From positions 48,362,001-48,426,000 of the forward strand of contig NC_058368.1 in the NCBI RefSeq assembly GCF_018350175.1: DNA of 64,000 bases, given 5' to 3'. This DNA comes from Felis catus. Taxonomy: Eukaryota. Positions 11,741 to 24,668 of this stretch are shown piece after piece (position 1 is the stretch's first letter; each line of letters begins with the position of its first letter). Position numbers and translations under genes: made by a program. The notes beneath the pieces were generated by a model. The model had not been told where the DNA came from and made no database searches. It saw only the letters and a program-made list of their open reading frames with translations.

Positions 11741-12169
11741 TAAAGGCAACTCATAGTAGTGGCCTTCTAATTTTTCCTAAGGTTTGTTCTGGCACTACAG
11801 AGAAAAATAAATAGGTAAATGTATATAATATTTTAGCATTTAATTTTTATTATACTTATCTTTAATATATATTACAGATAAAGTATAAAGTGGAAGGGAA
11901 GTTGAGTGAAAGGTGATGTGGCCTGAATGTCACCCAAAAAAAGCTTTGGCCCCACAGGAGATGGGTTCTTTAGATCCACATCAGCCCATGTCCAGCACTG
12001 TCTGCACACAGGGCCTGTCCTAGGCCAGGAGGCCAAAGGAGATGCAGCCATCGCTTCTCCTCTGGAGAAATCTGTGGAAACGCAGCTGACACTGTGAAGA
12101 GACTGGAGAGATTCACCTGAGGTATGTAGTTTAGTGTTGAGCCAGTGAGAATTTCTCAGTCTGAACAGT

Positions 12170-12290
12170 GGAACCATGATGATAGAAGATATACACAACC
12201 GGGGAGCCAAGTAAAGGGTATCTGTGAACTCTCTACAGTATTGCTGCAACTTTTAATTCCAAAAATCATTTCAAAATAAAACATTTTGAA
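12170..12290 (+). mobile_element. Ancient L1M 3'-UTR end fragment
   Basis: 'gtaaagggtatctgtgaactctctacagtattgctgcaactttt...aaaatcatttcaaaataaaa' resembles L1MC/L1MD terminus. Confidence 0.65.
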
Positions 12291-14139
12291 GTGTTATTCC
12301 TTTGCTGGGATAAGAATATAAACAATTCAGATCGTCTAAAAACTCCTTTTTTTCTGTTTTATTTAGTGATGTATTTTTTTCATTCTTTTCAACAGTTAGT
12401 TACTATTGATAATATGCATTCTATATGCATTTACAAACGGAGTATATGTGTGTGTATTCTTGCACACTTTTTTTTTTTTTTAAAGCAAATAAACTCATCA
12501 ACCGATTCCACTTTACCATCATGGTTTTTGTATGTATTGGGTAAAGAATTGCTAATAACAGGAATGGTGGAAAGTGGTAGAGAGGAAAGAGTAAAAGAAA
12601 AAAAGACGAAGACACATTAAAAGGTTAAGAGAAATAATGCCATGATGAGATTCTGGGGGTGAAATTTAGATTATGTCTAGAGAGCAACGACTTACATTAT
12701 GGAGCTGACATTTATTGAGGTGATACAGACCCCAAATTCATGCCTTCACCTGAGATACCCCGATAATTGCTTCAATTTTCCACTTCGTTTGCATGTGAAC
12801 TGAAATCCTTTGACTTCATCTTTAGAGTGGATTGAGTTGAAGGAATTTCATGAACTGAAAGACATTCTGATTGGTAGTCATTCTATTTGTCACACTGGTA
12901 ATGTCTTTTATTTAGTGTGCTCAAGAAAGTATAGTAAACAGCCAAAGAATGACTTCAAATGCTTTTACTGCCTCCAGCTGCATTAGTTTTGAAATACCTC
13001 ATTTAGGCTAAAAAAAAAAAAAAAAAAAAAAGAGGCAAAGTTAAAATATGTACTAGGATCTTTTTCCACCCCTAATTAGATCTATTACAACTTAGCATTG
13101 TCTCAAGAAGGTGTTACAGCTCGCCGGGCTATACCGTTTTTCGAGTAGGACACAATTTTACATCAGTTCGTTCACAAGCATGATGAAAACGGCATAAACT
13201 AGAATCTAAAGATGATAAGTCATCTCTAAGGAGAAAATGTAGCTTACATTTCATTTACAGTAAAATTTTAAATGCTAGAAAGACTCCAATCTGGTACTTC
13301 TATGTAACCATTGTCTTTATTTTAAATAATGTGTTTAAAAGAAATGGATTTGTGTATTCGTGTATGTGTAAATCCTGATATGCTTTTAAGTGAACATCAA
13401 ATAAATCAAAGGGAATGGTATTCAACAGATGGATTCAATACTAATCACAGAACAGTCTGATCTGTAGACAGTTGTAGAGGATGTCCCCTTACTGCCAGAA
13501 CTGATGGTCAAGAAGCTCGGAGGACATAAGGCAAAGGAACCAGGAACTGACCTACTAGCTTATGCAGAGACACTTCATTTTAGAATTTGGCATCTGAGGC
13601 CAAGGGCTGCCAAATACATCAATCAATGCCCACGGGCTACAGACGCCTGTGCAGATTTGGGAAAGAGTACATGAAGTATCAGCTCATCAGCTCACTTACA
13701 GAACTGGACAAACAGCGATGTGCCCACCATGCAGGCACTTCCAGGCCCTCTACAGCTGATCAGCATCATTTACGCTAGTGAGTTCAAATTCACTATTCCC
13801 TCCCTCAGCCCCACTCTCAGCCACCAGTATTCTCCTTTCTGTTTCACGTAGTGCTGGCCCAAGAGGCTACAGGGTTCATCCCGCAGAGACATGTGTTGGC
13901 TATTATTTTATTAACAAAAGGGGCAAATCAACGCAGAGCTGGTTTACGTATCTTGGTTATTTCTGAATTTGATACAGATCCCAACATCACTGTTCTGATT
14001 GCTTATGAAGCACCCTATTGTGATCGAAAAAAATGATAAACAGAAAAGAACTGACTGAAAAGTAGCATTACTATGCCAACCAAATCGGGCAATAGTCAAG
14101 TAATCTAAGACATGGCCTATGACCTTTAAGGAAAGACTA

Positions 14140-15420
14140 CTGCCCAATTGGCTGAGTATCTACTAGAATTGGAAAGATTAAGTAATAACAGCAGAAGATT
14201 AAGAACACTAGTTCTCCAAATGGAAGAGTTACTGCAAAATAGGAGATGATGGAATAACGGAAACACTGAAAATTTCAAGAGAGCAGAGAAGAGAAATAGT
14301 GCTTCAAGCTGATGATATAAGATTTGGCCCAGGTCTCACAGGATATGACTTTGGAGGAGGTATGGAGAAGCGGCCAGGTGTGCAGGTGAGGAAAACACTA
14401 TGAGCAAACAGGATGAGGTGGGAAGAAGAGCAGAGCGTGTGACCTGAGTTCATGCAAAAGGGTGCAGCCCAGAAAGGGGAATGTCTGATGACTGGTGACA
14501 GATGTTTTGGGGTTTTTCCCCTCTAGAAAGTTGCGGAGCTGCTGGAAGATTTCAGGTGAGAGGAGTAACGTTATCACGTAAGAACTCATCTGCAAGTGGT
14601 GTGCAGAATGACTAAAAATGAGGAAGACTCCTGTCAAGATAATCTTGGGGATACTGCAATGGCTCGCCTGTCAAGGGACAAAAGTCTGGGCCAAAGCGGT
14701 CCTTAGGGAGTGGAGTGAAAAGAAGAGATGAGATAACAGGAATGGGCACAGCCTAGCGATGCTCGATAGAAGAAAGTGAAGGGAATACTAACACTTTGAG
14801 AGACTACAGGAACAGAGGGAAATGTGGTTTTAATTTTAGGCAGCTGCAAATGAATGACTGCAATTCAGGAGGGCAGATGTCGGGAATGGATCTGATTTTC
14901 ATAAACGTGGCACTGAAAGCTGCCGCTGAAAAAAGTGGCTGAGGTGCCTGAAGACAGGCTAGAGGTGGAGGAGTGGGGGTACTCAGTCTGCCGTGCCTTA
15001 GGGGTGGGGGGCCAGTGGGAAAGGAAGAATCGAGGAAAGCTGGTGAGCTAAGAGGAAAACTAGTAGGAAAAAGATCCTATCAGAAGTAAACAGAGTCACT
15101 GTCAAATTTTGTAAAAAGAATGAGCACAAGCATGGAGAAAAGACCATTACACGGGTCAGGTAGGGACCAACATAACAACAGATTCTTGGTAACAGATTTT
15201 GCTACCGAAGTGGTGGGAGCCAGGCCCTTGATTGTTAATGCCTGAAACTGAGGCTAAAGGAGACAGTGTTGGAAAACGTGTTTGAGAAGCTTTTCCCCAT
15301 GAAAAAAGAGAAATCGCTGCAAGAACCAACTGGGACAAAATCGTAACTTGATTTTTCCTTTTCTTTTTTCCTTAAGAAAATGGAAACTAATTCTGTATGT
15401 TAGGTGTAAGATGCGACTGA
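14140..15420 (-). mobile_element. Highly diverged L2-like fragment
   Basis: Purine-rich L2-like segments, e.g. 'gagtcactgtcaaattttgtaaaaagaatgag', 'tgtttgagaagctttt'. Confidence 0.45.
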
Positions 15421-15524
15421 AAAGAAGGCCCTGGAATGCTCAAGAAGGAAGAACTGAGTGACATGTCCTAGAAGGTGTTCCTGGACACTTAGCAGTCACA
15501 CGTACGCAAGCATTGGCTTCAAAG

Positions 15525-15972
15525 TTCGAGCTTGCTGTGAACTCTGTGCTGTGCTGAGAGCTTTACGAGACAGTCTCACGTGTCCACACAGCAACCGAGG
15601 GGAAGATATCATCACTCTCGCCTTGGAAATGAGAACAGCAAGCTCAGAGAGGTTGTTCTGTCCAGCCCAAGGTCACACAGCAGAGTTGAAACTCAAGTCC
15701 AGGCCTAACAGACTCCCACATCACACTTTTTTTTTTTTTTTTTTGGCATGTATTCATTTTTGACAGAGACAGAGTGAGAGCCAGGGAGGGGCAGGGAGAG
15801 AGAGGGAGACACAGAATCCAAAGCAGGCTCCAGGCTCTGGGCTGTCAGCACAGAGCTCAACGTGGGGCTCAAACCCACAAATCATGAGATCATGACCTGG
15901 GCCGAAGTCGGAAGCCCAACTGACTAAGCCACCCAGGCGCCCCCACATCACACTCTTAAACACTGTTCTGCT
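15525..15972 (-). mobile_element. MIR interrupted by a CanSINE
   Basis: 'aaatgagaacagcaagctcagagaggtt...cccaaggtcacacagc...gaaactcaagtccagg'. Confidence 0.75.
15728..15943 (-). mobile_element. CanSINE (SINEC_Fc2-like)
   Basis: Poly(T) tail then reverse SINE; TSD cacatcacact (15717-15727 / 15944-15954). Confidence 0.96.
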
Positions 15973-16076
15973 GTTTATTCACGACCAAGGAAGTAACTCT
16001 GTTTTTCAAAAAATGTTAAGTATAGATGAGCTAGCTAGAATACAATATGTATCAAAAAGGAGTTATGAGGGGAGCC

Positions 16077-16086
16077 AAGATGGCGG
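16077..16086 (+). promoter_or_regulatory. YY1-type motif at the L1 5' end (internal promoter start)
   Basis: AAGATGGCGG within the first 20 nt of the L1. Confidence 0.65.
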
Positions 16087-17170
16087 AACAGCTTGGAAGT
16101 TTTTTCTCTGTCTCCACTCCATGAAATACAGCCAGACCAACACTAAACCATCCTGCTCACCTAGAAAACTGACCTGAGGATTAACACAACAATCTGCACA
16201 CGCTGAACCACAGAATTCAGCAGGTATGCGGCACGGAGAGCTGAACTTGGGGAGAGAAGCTGTGGAGGGCAGAGAGGTACTTTTGCAGGAGGAGACAGGA
16301 CGGAGATGGTGGGGAGAATACGGGAAAAGACCCCTCCCCAAAAGCGGCTAGAGAGAAGGTGGAAAATTGGAAACAGCCACAGGGACTAAACTATAAAGGG
16401 AGAAAGGAGAAAGGAGACGGTTTAAATTCCTTAAGACTGTAAACAAGGGGAGCGCAAAGGCTGCAACTCCCCAGCTCGATACCTGGCGGTGCTCTGGTGG
16501 AAAGGGCGAATCCCCAGGAACAGAGTGGGGTCTGGGAGGTTCTCGGGCCACACGGGGAAAAGCGGTTCCACTGCTGGAAGGACATTTGGTAGAGACTGTT
16601 GAAGCCACCTGGTCCCAGCAGACCCCAGAAGGTGGCTACATTCGCTGGTGCTGTAACAAGGTTGTTAAGGGTGAAGTCTGGAGCCAGATGTGTGTTGTGA
16701 TTTTCCATAATCCCTGAAAAGGTGCTACTACACTGTCTCACCAACTTTTTCTGGGGCGGCCTGGCACCTGGCCGCAGTCTCGGGGCACCAGCAGCAGCAG
16801 GGTCCAGCAAGCATTCCTGGGTGCAGCCAACATTCAGCCATTGCTCATTCGGCCATTGCTCGTTGAGACCCTCCCGCAGAGGGGCGGAACGGGTCAAAGC
16901 CGCAGTCCTTCAGAAGTAAGGGGCCGGGGAAAATAGCTGCATCTGAGACAAAACTCAGGAGAGAGGTACTGCCTGGGGCTTGGTCACGGACAGTGAAAAA
17001 GCGGGGAGTGGATGAAAGCTGAAGACAGAAGATGAGTGCGCAATTGCTGATAGGGGAGAACAGAGTTTGGATACTAGAGACTGGGTAAGATGGGTGATGC
17101 CATTTTCACCACTCCCGCGCATGCACATACGCACCTACTAGCACTGAAACACTCCACCCCAGTAGGCTAG

Positions 17171-17187
17171 CAGCGCCATCTAGTGGA
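17171..17187 (-). promoter_or_regulatory. Consensus CTCF motif within the L1 5'UTR
   Basis: Minus strand reads TCCACTAGATGGCGCTG, matching CCACYAGRKGGCRS; binding not shown. Confidence 0.45.
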
Positions 17188-17949
17188 GAGCGGAGATGTT
17201 ACACTGAGCCCTGCCCAACTGGTCCAACTTTGCTCTTCAAGAACACAAGTTTCACCGCCTGCTTAGCTTATGGACTATAAAGCACTTCTTGTCTGACTTC
17301 TAGGAGAAAACAAAGCAATTTCTGATGTATTTCAATCTGTTAACAAGTCCACCTATTCAAATTTCTTTCTTTTTTTTCTTTTTCAATTCCATTTCTTGAG
17401 TACAGAAAGAGAAAAAATTCATTATTTTCAATTTTTATTAAAAAGTTTTAATTTTTTTATTATATTTTTTACTTTTGTGTAAACTTTTTCAAATTCTATC
17501 TTTCTTCCATTTTATTTTAGTCTACTTCAGTATATTCACTTTTTCAAATTTTCAAACGATTTCTTTTTTCTCTTTTTTGTTTCTTTTTCTTGAATAGAGA
17601 AAAAATTCATTTTTATTTTTAATTTTTATTACAAATATTTTTAATTTTTTCTACTATATTCTTTACTTTTGTGTAATTATTTTCAAATTCTATTTACTTC
17701 TATTATTTCATTTTGTATACTCCAGTGTATTCATTTTTTTCAAATTCTCAAGTGATTTCCTTCCCCCCCCCCTTTTCTCTCTAAACTATCAAACCACTTT
17801 CAACACCCAGACCAAAACATACCTAGGATCTAGCATCATTTATTCAATTGTGTGTGTGTGTTTTTAATTTTTTAATTTTAGTATTTTTCTAATTTTAATT
17901 TTTTTAATTTCAATTTTTCTACCACATTAATTCCTTTTCTCCCTTCAAA

Positions 17950-18810
17950 ATGACGAAACGAAGGAATTCACCCGAAAAGAAAGAGTACAAAGAAACGACA
18001 GCCAGGGATTTAACCAACACAGATACAAGCAAGATGTCTGAACCAGAATTTAGAATCACGATAATAAGAATACTAGTTGGAGTCGAAAATAGACTAGAAT
18101 CCCTTTCTGCGGGATTAAAAGAAGTAAAAACTAGTCACGATGAAATAAAAAATGCTATAACTGAGCTGCAATCATGGATGGATGCGGCAGCAGCAAGGAT
18201 GTATGAGGCAGAAAGAGAATCAGCGATATAGAGGACAAACTTATGGAGAATAACAAAGCAGAAAAAAAGAGGGAGATTAAGGCCAAAGAGCTCAATTTAA
18301 GAACTAGAGAAATCAGTGACTCATGAAAAAGGAACAACATCAGAATCACAGGGGTCCCAGAAGAGGAAGAGAGAGAAATAGGGGTAGAAGGGTTATGTGA
18401 GCAAATCATAGCAGAAAACTTCCCTAACCTGGGCAAAGACACAGACATCAAAATCCAGGAAGCACAGAGCACCCCCATTAGATTCAACAAAAACTGACCA
18501 TCAACAAGGCATATCATAGACAAATTCACAAAATACTCAGGCAAGGAGAGAATCATGAAAGCAGTAAGGGAACAAAGTCCCTAACCTACAAGGGAAGACA
18601 GATCAGACCTATCCACAGAAACTTGGCAGGCCAGAAAGTAGTGGCGGGATATATTCAGTGTGTGAATCAGAAAAATACGCAGCCAAGAATTCTTTATCCA
18701 GGAAGGCTGTCATTCAAAATAGAAGGAGAGATAAAAAGTTTCCCAGACAAACAAAAATTAAAGGAGTTAATAAACCAGCCCTGCAAGAAATTTTAAGGGG
18801 GACTCTGTGA
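17950..18810 (+). pseudogene. L1 ORF1p remnant (frameshifts and stops)
   Basis: MTKRRNSPEKKE...MSEPEFRITIIRIL; downstream 'aacaacatcagaatcacaggggtcccagaa' and 'gcagaaaacttccctaacctg' are ORF1 motifs. Confidence 0.9.
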
Positions 18811-18921
18811 GGGGAGAAAAGATGAAAATATTAAATACATACATACATACATACCAAAAGCAACAAAGATTAAAAAGGACCAGAGAACACCACCAGAAAC
18901 TGCAACTCTACAAGTATCATA

Positions 18922-21900
18922 ATGGCAATAAGTTCATATCTTTCAGTACTGACTCTAAATGTCAATGGACTCAATGCTCCAATTAAAAGACACAGGGTAA
19001 CAGCATGGATAAGAAAACAAGATCCATCTATATGCTGTTTACAAGAGACCCACTTTAGACCTAAAGGCATTTTCAGATTGAAAATAAGGGGATGGAGAAC
19101 CATCTATCATGCTAATGGTCAACAAAAGAAGCCGGAGTAGCCATGCTTATATCAGACAATCTAGACTTTAAAATAAAGACTGTATCAAGAGATTCAGAAG
19201 GGCATTATATCATAATCAAGGGGTCTATCCACCAAGAAGACCTAACAATTGTAAACATTTATGTGCCAAATGTGAGAGCACAAAATATATAAATCAATGA
19301 ATCACAAACATAAATAAACTCATCAATAGTAATACCATAATAGTAGGAGACTACAACACCCCACTCACAGCAATGGACAGATCATCTAATCAAAAAATCA
19401 ACAAGGAAACAATGGCTTTGAATGACACACTGGACCAGAGGGACTTAGCATATATTCAGAACATTTCATCCGAAAGCAGCAAAATATACATTCTTCTCCA
19501 GTACACATGGAACATTCTTGAGAATAGACCATATACTGGGACACAAATCAGTGCTAAGTAAGTACAAAAAAGATCGAGATCATACCGTGCATATTTTCAG
19601 ACCACAATGCTATGAAACTCGAAATCCACCACAAGAAAAAATTTGGAAAGGTAACAAATACTTGGAGACTGAAGAACATCCTACTAAGGAATGAATGGGC
19701 TAAACAAGCAGTTAAAGAGGAAATTAAAAAGTGTATGGAAGCCAATGAAAATGATAACACCACAACCTAAAACCTCTTGGATGCAGCAAAGGCAGTCATA
19801 AGAGGAAAGTATATAGCACTCCAGGCCTTCCTAAAGAAGGAAAAAAGATCTCAGATACACAGCCTAACCCTACACCTTAAAGAGCTGGAAAAAGAACAGC
19901 AAATAAAACCCCAAACCAGCAGAAGACAGGAAATAATAAAGATTAGAGCAGAAATTAATGCTATTGAAACCAAAGGAAAAACAAAACCAAACAAACCAGT
20001 AGAAGAGATCGATGAAACCAGAAGCTGGTTCTTTGAAAGAATTAACAAAATTGATAAACTACTAGCTAGTTTGATCAAAAAGGAAAAGACCCAAATAAAT
20101 AAAATCAAGAATGAAAGAGGAGAGATCACAACCAACGCAGCAGAAATACAAACAATAAGAGAATATTACGAGCAATTATATCCCAATAAAATGGGCAATC
20201 TGGAAGAAATGGACAAATTCCTAGAAACATATATACTACCAAAATTGAAACAGGAAGAAGTAGAAAATTTGAACAGACCCATAACCAGTAAGGAAATCGA
20301 ATTAATAATAAAAAATCTCCCAAAAAACAAAAGTCCAGGGCCAAATGGCTTTCCAGGGGATTTCTACCAAACATTTAAGGAAGAGTTAACACCTGTTCTC
20401 TTAAAGCTGTTCCAAAAAATAGAAATGGAAGGAAAACTTCCAAATTCTTTCTATGAAGCCAGCATTACCTTGATTCCAAAACCAGACAGAGACCCCACTA
20501 AAAAGGAGAACAATAGACCAATTTCCCTGATGAACATGGATGCAAAAATCCTCAACAAGATATTAGCCAACTGGATCCAAAAATACATTAAAAAATTATT
20601 CACCACGACCAAGTGGGATTTATACCTGGGATGCAGGGCTGCTTCAGTATCTGCAAACAATTAATGTGATTCATCACATCAATAAAAGAAAGGACAAGAA
20701 CCAGATGATCTTCTCAATAGATGCAGAAAAAGCATTTGACAAAACGCAGCATCCTTTCTTGATAAAAACCCTCAAGAAAGTATGGATAGAAGGAGCATAC
20801 CTCAAGATCATAAAAGCCATATATGAATGACCAACGCTAATATCATCCTCAATGGGGAAAAACTGAGAGCCTTCCCCCTAAGGTCAGGAACAAGACAGGG
20901 ATGTCTACTCTCGCCACTGTTATTCAACATAGTATTGCTCATATAAGCCTCTGCAATCAGACAACACAAAGAAATAAAAGGTATTCAAATCGGCCAGGAG
21001 GAGGTCAAACTTTCACTCTTTGCAGGTGACATGACACTCTATATGGAAGACCCTAAAGATTCCACCAAAAAACTGCTAGAACTGATTCATGAATTCTGCA
21101 AAGTTGCAGGATATAAAATCAACGGACAGAAATCAGTTGCATTCCTATACACCAACAATGAAGCAACAGAAAAAGAAATCAAGGAATCGATTCCATTTAC
21201 AATTGCACCAAAAACCATAAAATACCTAGGAATAAATCTAACCAAAGAGGTGAAAAACCTATACACTGAAAACTATAGAAAGCTTATGAAAGAAATTGAA
21301 GAAGACACAAAAAAAAAATGGAAAAAGATTCCATGCTCCAGGATAGGAAGAACAAATATTGTTAAAATGTCAATACTATCCAAAGCAATCTACATATTCA
21401 ATGCAATCCCCATCAAAATAACACGAGCATTCTTCACAGAGCTAGAACAAATAATCCTAAAATTTATATGGAACCAGAAAAGACCCCAAATAGCCAAAGC
21501 CATCTTGAAAAAGAAAACCAAAGCAGGAGGCATCCCAATCCCGGACTTCAAGCTATACTACAAAGCTGTAATCATCAAGACAGTATGGTAGTGGCACAAG
21601 AACAGACACTCAGATCAATGGAACAGAATAGAGAACCCAGATATGGACCCACAAACGTAAGGCCAACTAATCCTTGACAAAGCAGGAAAGAATATCCAAT
21701 GGAATAAGGACAGTCTCTTCAGCAAGTGATGCTGGGAAGACTGGACAGTGACATGCAGAAGAATGAACCTGGACCACTTTCTTACACCATACACAAAAAT
21801 ATACTCAAAATGGATGAAAGACCTAAATGTAACACAGGATGCCATCAAAATCCTTGAGGAGAAAGCAGGCAAAAACCTCTTTGATCTTGGCCGCAGCAAC

Positions 21901-22622
21901 TTCTTACTCCACACGTCTCCAGAGGCAAGGGAAACAAAAGCAAAAATGAACTACTGGGACCTCATCAAAATAAAAAGCCTCTGCACAGCGAAGGAAACAA
22001 TCAGCAAAACTAAAGGCAACCGACAGGATGGGAGAAGATATTTGCAAATGGCATATCAGATAAAGGGTTAGTATCCAAAATCTATAAAGAACTTCTCAAA
22101 CTCAACACCCAAAAAACAAATAATCCAGTGAAGAAATGTGCAAGAGACATGAATAGACCCTTCTCCAAAGAAGACATTCAGATGGCCAACTGACACATGA
22201 AAAAATGCCCAAGTTCACTCATCATCAGGGAAACACAAGTCAAAACCACAATGAGATACCACCTTACACCTGTCAGAATGGCTAACATTCACAACTCAGG
22301 CAACAACAGATGTTGGCGAGGATGTGGAGAAAGAGGATCCTTTTTGCATTGTTGGTGGGAATGCAAGCTGGTGCAGCCACTCTGGAAAACAGTATGGAGG
22401 TTCAGCAAAGTTGCAGGATATAAAACTAAAAATATAAAAACTAAAAATAGAACTACCCTACGACCCAACAATTGCAATACTAGGTATTCACCCAAGGGAT
22501 ACAGGTGTGCTGTTTCGAAGGGACACATGCACCTTAATGTTTATAGCAGCACTACAACAATAGCCTAAGTATGGAAAGGGCCCAAAAGTCCACTGATGGA
22601 TGAATGGATAAAGAAGATGTAG

Positions 22623-22688
<66 letters not shown>

Positions 22689-22828
22689 ATGGAGTATTAC
22701 TCGGCAATCAAAGAGAATGAAATCTTGCCATTTGCAACTATGTGGATGGAACTGGAGGGTATTATGCTAAGTGAAATTAGTCAGAGAAAGATAACTATCA
22801 TATGAGCTCACTCATATGAGGACTTTAA
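18922..22828 (+). pseudogene. L1 ORF2p remnant (APE endonuclease, reverse transcriptase, C-terminal region), multiply disrupted
   Basis: [60 protein letters not shown]...HCWWEC; RT FADD motif reads FAGD at 21019-21030. Confidence 0.96.
22628..22688 (+). repeat. (TA)n(CA)n microsatellite inside L1 ORF2 3' region
   Basis: Direct reading. Confidence 0.95.
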
Positions 22829-22923
22829 GAGACAAAACAGATGAACATAAGGGAAGGGAAACAAACATAATGTAAAAACAGGGAGGGGGACAAAACATAA
22901 GAGAATCTTAAATATGGAGAACA

Positions 22924-23143
22924 GGGCGCCTGGGTGGCTCAGTCGGTTAAGCGTCCGACTTCGGCTCAGGTCGTGATCTCGCGGTCTGTGAGTTCGAGCC
23001 CCACGTCGGGCTCTGTGCTGACAGCTCAGAGCCTGGAGCCTGTTTCAGATTCTGTGTCTACCTCTATCTGACCTTCCCCTGTTCATGCTCTGTCTCTCTG
23101 TGTCTCAAAAATAAATAAACATTAAAAAAAAATTAAAAAAAAA
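22924..23143 (+). mobile_element. CanSINE (SINEC_Fc2-like) nested in the L1 3'UTR
   Basis: Perfect 15-bp TSD taaatatggagaaca (22909-22923 / 23144-23158). Confidence 0.97.
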
Positions 23144-23424
23144 TAAATATGGAGAACAAACTGAGGATTACTGGAGGGGATTGAGGGAGGCAGAAGGGCT
23201 AAATGGGTAAGGGGCACTAAGGAATCTACTCTTGAAATCATTGTTGCACTATATGCTAACTAATTTGGCTGTAAACTTAAGGAAAAAAAATTTTTTTTAA
23301 AAGTTAGTTATACTTCCATTTTTACCATATGATGTTACTTGTAATTGAGAATTACATTTGTAAGTAGTCATGGAGTAGTCTGAGTTCTTTAAATGGCAAT
23401 TTAGTTTGTATATCTTCATATATA

Positions 23425-24202
23425 TGATGTGTTAAAAATATAGGCATTTGTTCTTTGCCCAAAATGCCTGGCATTGAGCTCCTAAAACCCTTGGAATTTC
23501 CTAAGTGATAGCAGTATCTTTTGTTATGAGCCCCTTTGACTACATGTGAGTTTATGCTAATGGGGTGACTTATGGCGGGGCCCCCAGACAGCTTCTGCAT
23601 GAGGGCTGGTCACCAGAAAGACCAAGCATGTGATCAGGTTAGAACTTTCAGCCTCACCCTGTGTAAGGTAGAGGGGCTGGAGACGGAGTTCAAACCGATG
23701 GCCAATGATGTCATCAATCACATATGCGTGGGGAAACTTTCTTAAAATCCCCTAAAGGACAAGATCTGGAGAGCTGCCTCACTGGACGGATGGTGAACAG
23801 CCACACATGCTGGGAGGATGGTGCACTGGGACAGGGCAAGGACGTTTCGCACTTCGCATGTCCTGCCCTATGCATCTCTTTCGTTTGGTTGTCCCTGAGT
23901 CGCATCCTTTACAATAAACTGGTAATAGTAAGTAAAGCATTTTCCTAAATTCTTTGAGTCATTCTCTCAAAATACTGAACTTGAGAAGGGGTTATGGGAA
24001 CCATCAAATTTGTAGATGGATACGAAGAAGTGTGGGTAGTCTGGGGACCCCTTATGCGACTGGAGCCTGCAGTGGGGCAGTCCTAACGGACGGAGTCCCT
24101 GACCTGTAGGGTCTGTGCTAACTTGGGATACTTAGCATCGGATTGAACTAAAGTGCTAGACGCCTCACTGGCATCAGGGGATTGTGTTTGAAAAAAGCAC
24201 AC
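23425..24202 (+). mobile_element. Solo LTR, MER21-like (ERVL-group)
   Basis: 'gagctcctaaaacccttggaatttcctaagtgatag', 'gagtttatgctaatggggtgact', 'gctggtcaccagaaagaccaagcatgtgat', 'caataaactggtaatagtaagtaaag'. Confidence 0.85.
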
Positions 24203-24623
24203 AATATACTATCCAATTTTATGTTGGGCTTTAATCCTCATATTTCCCGTGTGTGCTGGCCAGATAGGAGAATAATGCATATAGCACCACAGTCAACAAG
24301 TGAGATTAAGATTTTCTGAAGTCTGTATATTAAAGTGTCTTTGAAAAATTCCACAAAATTTTTGTTTCAAAGATTTTCCCTCAATCATTATTATTAGCAA
24401 ATGTGGAAGGATGAATGGCCATAAAATAGAATTAACCTACATTTAATCTACCGATCATGATACTCTCTTTTAAATAATCAAGAGAAACTGAATTTACAAG
24501 ATACGATTAGAGCAGTTTGCTTAAATTTGTAATCCCTGATTAAATACAAATGTTATACAAAACAGGCTGGGTCTGGAAACTGCCCACAAGTACATCCTTA
24601 TTATTTAGCATTCTTTTTTGCTT

Positions 24624-24668
24624 TAAAAAAAAAAAAAAAAAAAAGAAAGAAAGAAAGAAAGAAGGAAA
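24624..24668 (+). repeat. Poly(A)/(GAAA)n tract
   Basis: Direct reading. Confidence 0.9.

Larger units (their letters stand above)
16067..23298 (+). mobile_element. Full-length, inactivated felid/carnivore LINE-1
   Basis: 5' 'gaggggagccaagatggcgg' (YY1-type start), ~1.9-kb 5'UTR, ORF1 and ORF2 remnants, carnivore-type 3'UTR 'aaggaatctactcttgaaatcattgttgcactatatgctaac'; tentative TSD aaaaggagttat / aaaagttagttat. Confidence 0.97.

Noticed and set aside
11957..12121. Possible plus-strand exon (ccccacag ... GAG|gtatgt)
   Set aside because: Weak polypyrimidine tract, stops in all three frames and no other support.
13010..13031. Poly(A) run as a retrocopy tail
   Set aside because: No upstream AATAAA at the right distance, no TSD and no recognisable retroposed body.
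19777..21591. Long ORFs (295 aa and 186 aa) as functional genes
   Set aside because: They are fragments of a disrupted L1 ORF2 with frameshifts, stops and a mutated RT catalytic motif.
22924..23010. SINE heads as tRNA genes
   Set aside because: They are tRNA-derived SINE 5' regions followed by (CT)n, an A tail and TSDs, not stand-alone tRNA genes.
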